Source: an uncultured virus (IMG/VR IMGVR_UViG_3300045125_000114)
Lineage: Duplodnaviria > Heunggongvirae > Uroviricota > Caudoviricetes
Virus record (IMG/VR): IMGVR_UViG_3300045125_000114
DNA length: 56,833 nucleotides
Reading direction: 5' to 3' (one strand)
Part shown: one piece after another, positions 54,771 through 56,833 of the stretch
How the letters are laid out: every line of letters starts with the position of its first letter
Position numbering within the stretch: the stretch's first letter is position 1
Translations under genes and position numbers: made by a program
Notes under the pieces: generated by a model
Databases searched by the model: none
Seen by the model: the letters and a program-made list of their open reading frames with translations, nothing else
Told to the model about the DNA's origin: nothing

Positions 54771-55208
54771 TCACCCTAATAGGAGTATCGTATTGCGGAT
54801 TTCCCGCTCCTGATCTTCTTCTTTCAAACTTTCCCTTGTCGTGCAGTTGCTTGCCTTTACAAACTGCCAATTCCGCTGCGTCGCCCTTCAGAAAAATACA
54901 TTTTCAGAGGGATTAGCGTGAAACCCTTCATTTCGGCCTGATCTGCAAATTTTTGGATTTCTTGCTTTCCGGGAGAAGCTTTCGGTCCCGCTTTGGTTTG
55001 TGATTGAGCCGATTGCCGAACGTGTACTCTTCGATGTTCGAGCCAACAAGCCAGACTTCGCCGTTACGCACGACCGCATAACTGCCGTCAAGCTGGACGT
55101 GCCCTTCTCGACACGATTTAACCTCTGTGCCTTGTAGAACGATACCGGCCTCGACTGTATCGAGGAACATGGTACTCGTATCGGGCTTACGGTTGTGCAA
55201 ATTTCCAC
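54771..55208 (-). CDS. smpB: SsrA-binding protein SmpB (frameshifted)
   Basis: NRK...Y...DTVEAGIVLQGTEVKSCREG.VQL..SYA...GEVWL....I.EY..GN..NH.PKRDRKLL...GFTLIPLKMYF...KGKQLHDKRE. Confidence 0.9.
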
Positions 55209-55222
55209 TATCTTCTCAAGGA

Positions 55223-55256
55223 CGACCAGAAGGGCAAATTTTGCCCTTCTGGTCGT
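55223..55256. terminator. Intergenic hairpin upstream of smpB
   Basis: ACGACCAGAAGGGCAA...TTGCCCTTCTGGTCGT inverted repeat. Confidence 0.6.
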
Positions 55257-55287
55257 GTTCAAGATTACGGGCACGGCGGCGGTTCGA

Positions 55288-56685
55288 TCACATCCAATAC
55301 TGCCAATTCAACTCTACGACCTCGCCAGTAGCAACGTTGGTCGCCCCGCCACACACACAGTAAGTACCCACCCCAAGCGATCCAATCGTTAGAGGGTCCG
55401 TAGCAGCTTCCACTCGTTTTGAACCGTAGTGAAATTCACATGCCCTTGCACGTTCGTCCAAACACCATTCACGTCTTTCTGCACCCAGACCATGAAGTAT
55501 TGGTTGTTCGGAACATTGCGAGTATCGAAGATCATGTTGACCGAAGTATTGTCTTTCATTCAAAATCAAGGCAGAACCAGTTGTTCAATTGAACAATCTT
55601 GTTCAAAGGCGGGACCGGTTGCGTAGGAACCGGTCGGTTCAAACTGGTTGTGCCCCGGCCATAGCGAACATCCCGACAAAACAAAAGAGTCGCAGAAAAA
55701 ACCTTCGTCCAGAACATCGTGAAACCTCTTGAAAAGGAAACAAACTCAACACGCCGCCTGTAAGCTTGGCGGTCGGCGGAATACCAGCCCAGCTTTTTCG
55801 GATCAAATACCCAGCGGTTCTTCCTCAATCGGAGGTTGCTGACGGGCTTGCCGACCCACAAGTTCTTAACAACGCCACCGGCTTCATCCGTACCGTGGGC
55901 GTTCAGCAGGTTTACTTAAGTATATCCGAAGTCACCGTTCACATTGCCTTGAGCCGTAAGAAAGTCTTAAGTGGCTTCGGCCGGGAAGGATGTTGCCAAT
56001 CGTCGTCACGTTGACCGTCGAGTTAATCAACCACGCCTTCCCGTCGGTAAAGAAAGTCGAGATTGCTCCAGTGTCCTTGACCTTGATGTTGAAGTTCGAG
56101 TTCAGAAAGCCCAATCGTCGTTGCCAGAAAGACTGCTCAATTCGCTGGTAAAGTTCCAAGTGGAATAGATGGAGCTAGCAATGGCCGCTTCATCTGAACG
56201 CCTTGTGCGATGCTGAACGTGTCGGCATAAGACTTGAACTTTCCAGCCAGTCATCCTCAATCGCTGCATTTGACCAGAGTAAACGTACCGCTGCACGAGT
56301 CAAAATCGGCAGTTGTAGCTTGAGCGTCAAAGATTCTTTGCGGTCAAGAAGTACAATTGTCGCCGACGATGACAAATCCCGCTGTTGGAAACGGCCTGAT
56401 ATGCCGAAAGTTCCATAGAGGAATTGTTGTTAATCTTCTTGACTTCGAGCGTACCAGAGTTGATAAGCGCTGGGCATTCTTGATGAAGCCGGAACCGCTT
56501 TCAGTCTTGACGGTGCCGTAGTTCCTAAACACTTCGACCTGTCGCCGTGCTGAATTGAATGCCACCCGATGCGTTGGCCAGTCATCCTGATGGTGCCGTT
56601 GTTCGTAATCGGGATCCGTAATCAGATGCGGTCCCGCCGACGGTCCAAGTGCCGTCATTAACGATGGACGCCGTAGAATTTTCAT
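55288..56685 (-). CDS. Large hypothetical protein, broken by frameshifts
   Basis: Chain of overlapping minus-strand ORFs starting MKILRRPSLMTALG; no family recognised. Confidence 0.4.
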
Positions 56686-56833
56686 TTCAGATCCCGAAAT
56701 ACGAACTCAACGTGCCCAAATTCACCGTGGCGTTAGTGCTGACCGTAAAAGTCGAACCAAGGTGGAAGGTTACGCCGTTGGCGGTCAATTGCCGTTAATC
56801 GTCAACGCTTGATCGGCGTTAATGTGTGGAACC

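Noticed and set aside
1..56833. Pervasive frameshifts as programmed frameshifting or mass pseudogenisation
   Set aside because: Indels hit most genes, mainly in homopolymers and short repeats, while catalytic motifs stay intact. Long-read error is the simpler explanation.
1..56833. Genome-wide TAG reassignment (code 15)
   Set aside because: Long ORFs are open under code 11, I found only one in-frame TAG, and the RNA ligase appears to terminate at TAG. Late genes outside this window could still differ.
54700..56833. tmRNA next to smpB
   Set aside because: No tRNA-Ala-like ends or tag reading frame were recognised.

Overview
Gene-dense 56.8-kb segment that reads as the accessory (non-structural) region of a large or jumbo dsDNA bacteriophage. 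It contains long minus-strand arrays of short hypothetical ORFs, with no capsid, terminase or polymerase genes and no ribosomal operons. Most recognisable genes carry 1-2 nt indels in homopolymers or short repeats, consistent with an unpolished long-read assembly, so boundaries were rebuilt by joining frames and are approximate. Recognisable products: SNF2 helicase, DarG-like macrodomain, NADAR, alpha/beta hydrolase, two vWA proteins, four HNH nucleases, CoaD, two NUDIX hydrolases, ArdC-N, DUF6011, a circularly permuted GHKL ATPase, BI-1/YccA, a sigma-70-family factor, ParB-like protein, HAD phosphatase, nucleoside deoxyribosyltransferase-like protein, a shortened ArgRS, DUF1003, a Pth2-like protein, thioredoxin, YqgE/AlgH, DUF4139, an Rnl2-like ligase and SmpB. 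Main observations: (1) two tandem tRNA genes with CUA (amber) anticodons, a Pth2-like gene reading ATG-ACT-CAC-TAG before its domain, and an N-terminally reduced ArgRS, together suggesting an amber-readthrough translation switch; (2) a repeated fixed-spacing motif TGTTGCACC-N14-CCGTCTGG upstream of genes, with variants before the phage sigma gene and the amber tRNAs; (3) a recurring K-K-x-R-S-I-D-[DE] peptide tag in four unrelated proteins. All family calls come from motif recognition by eye; no database search was run.
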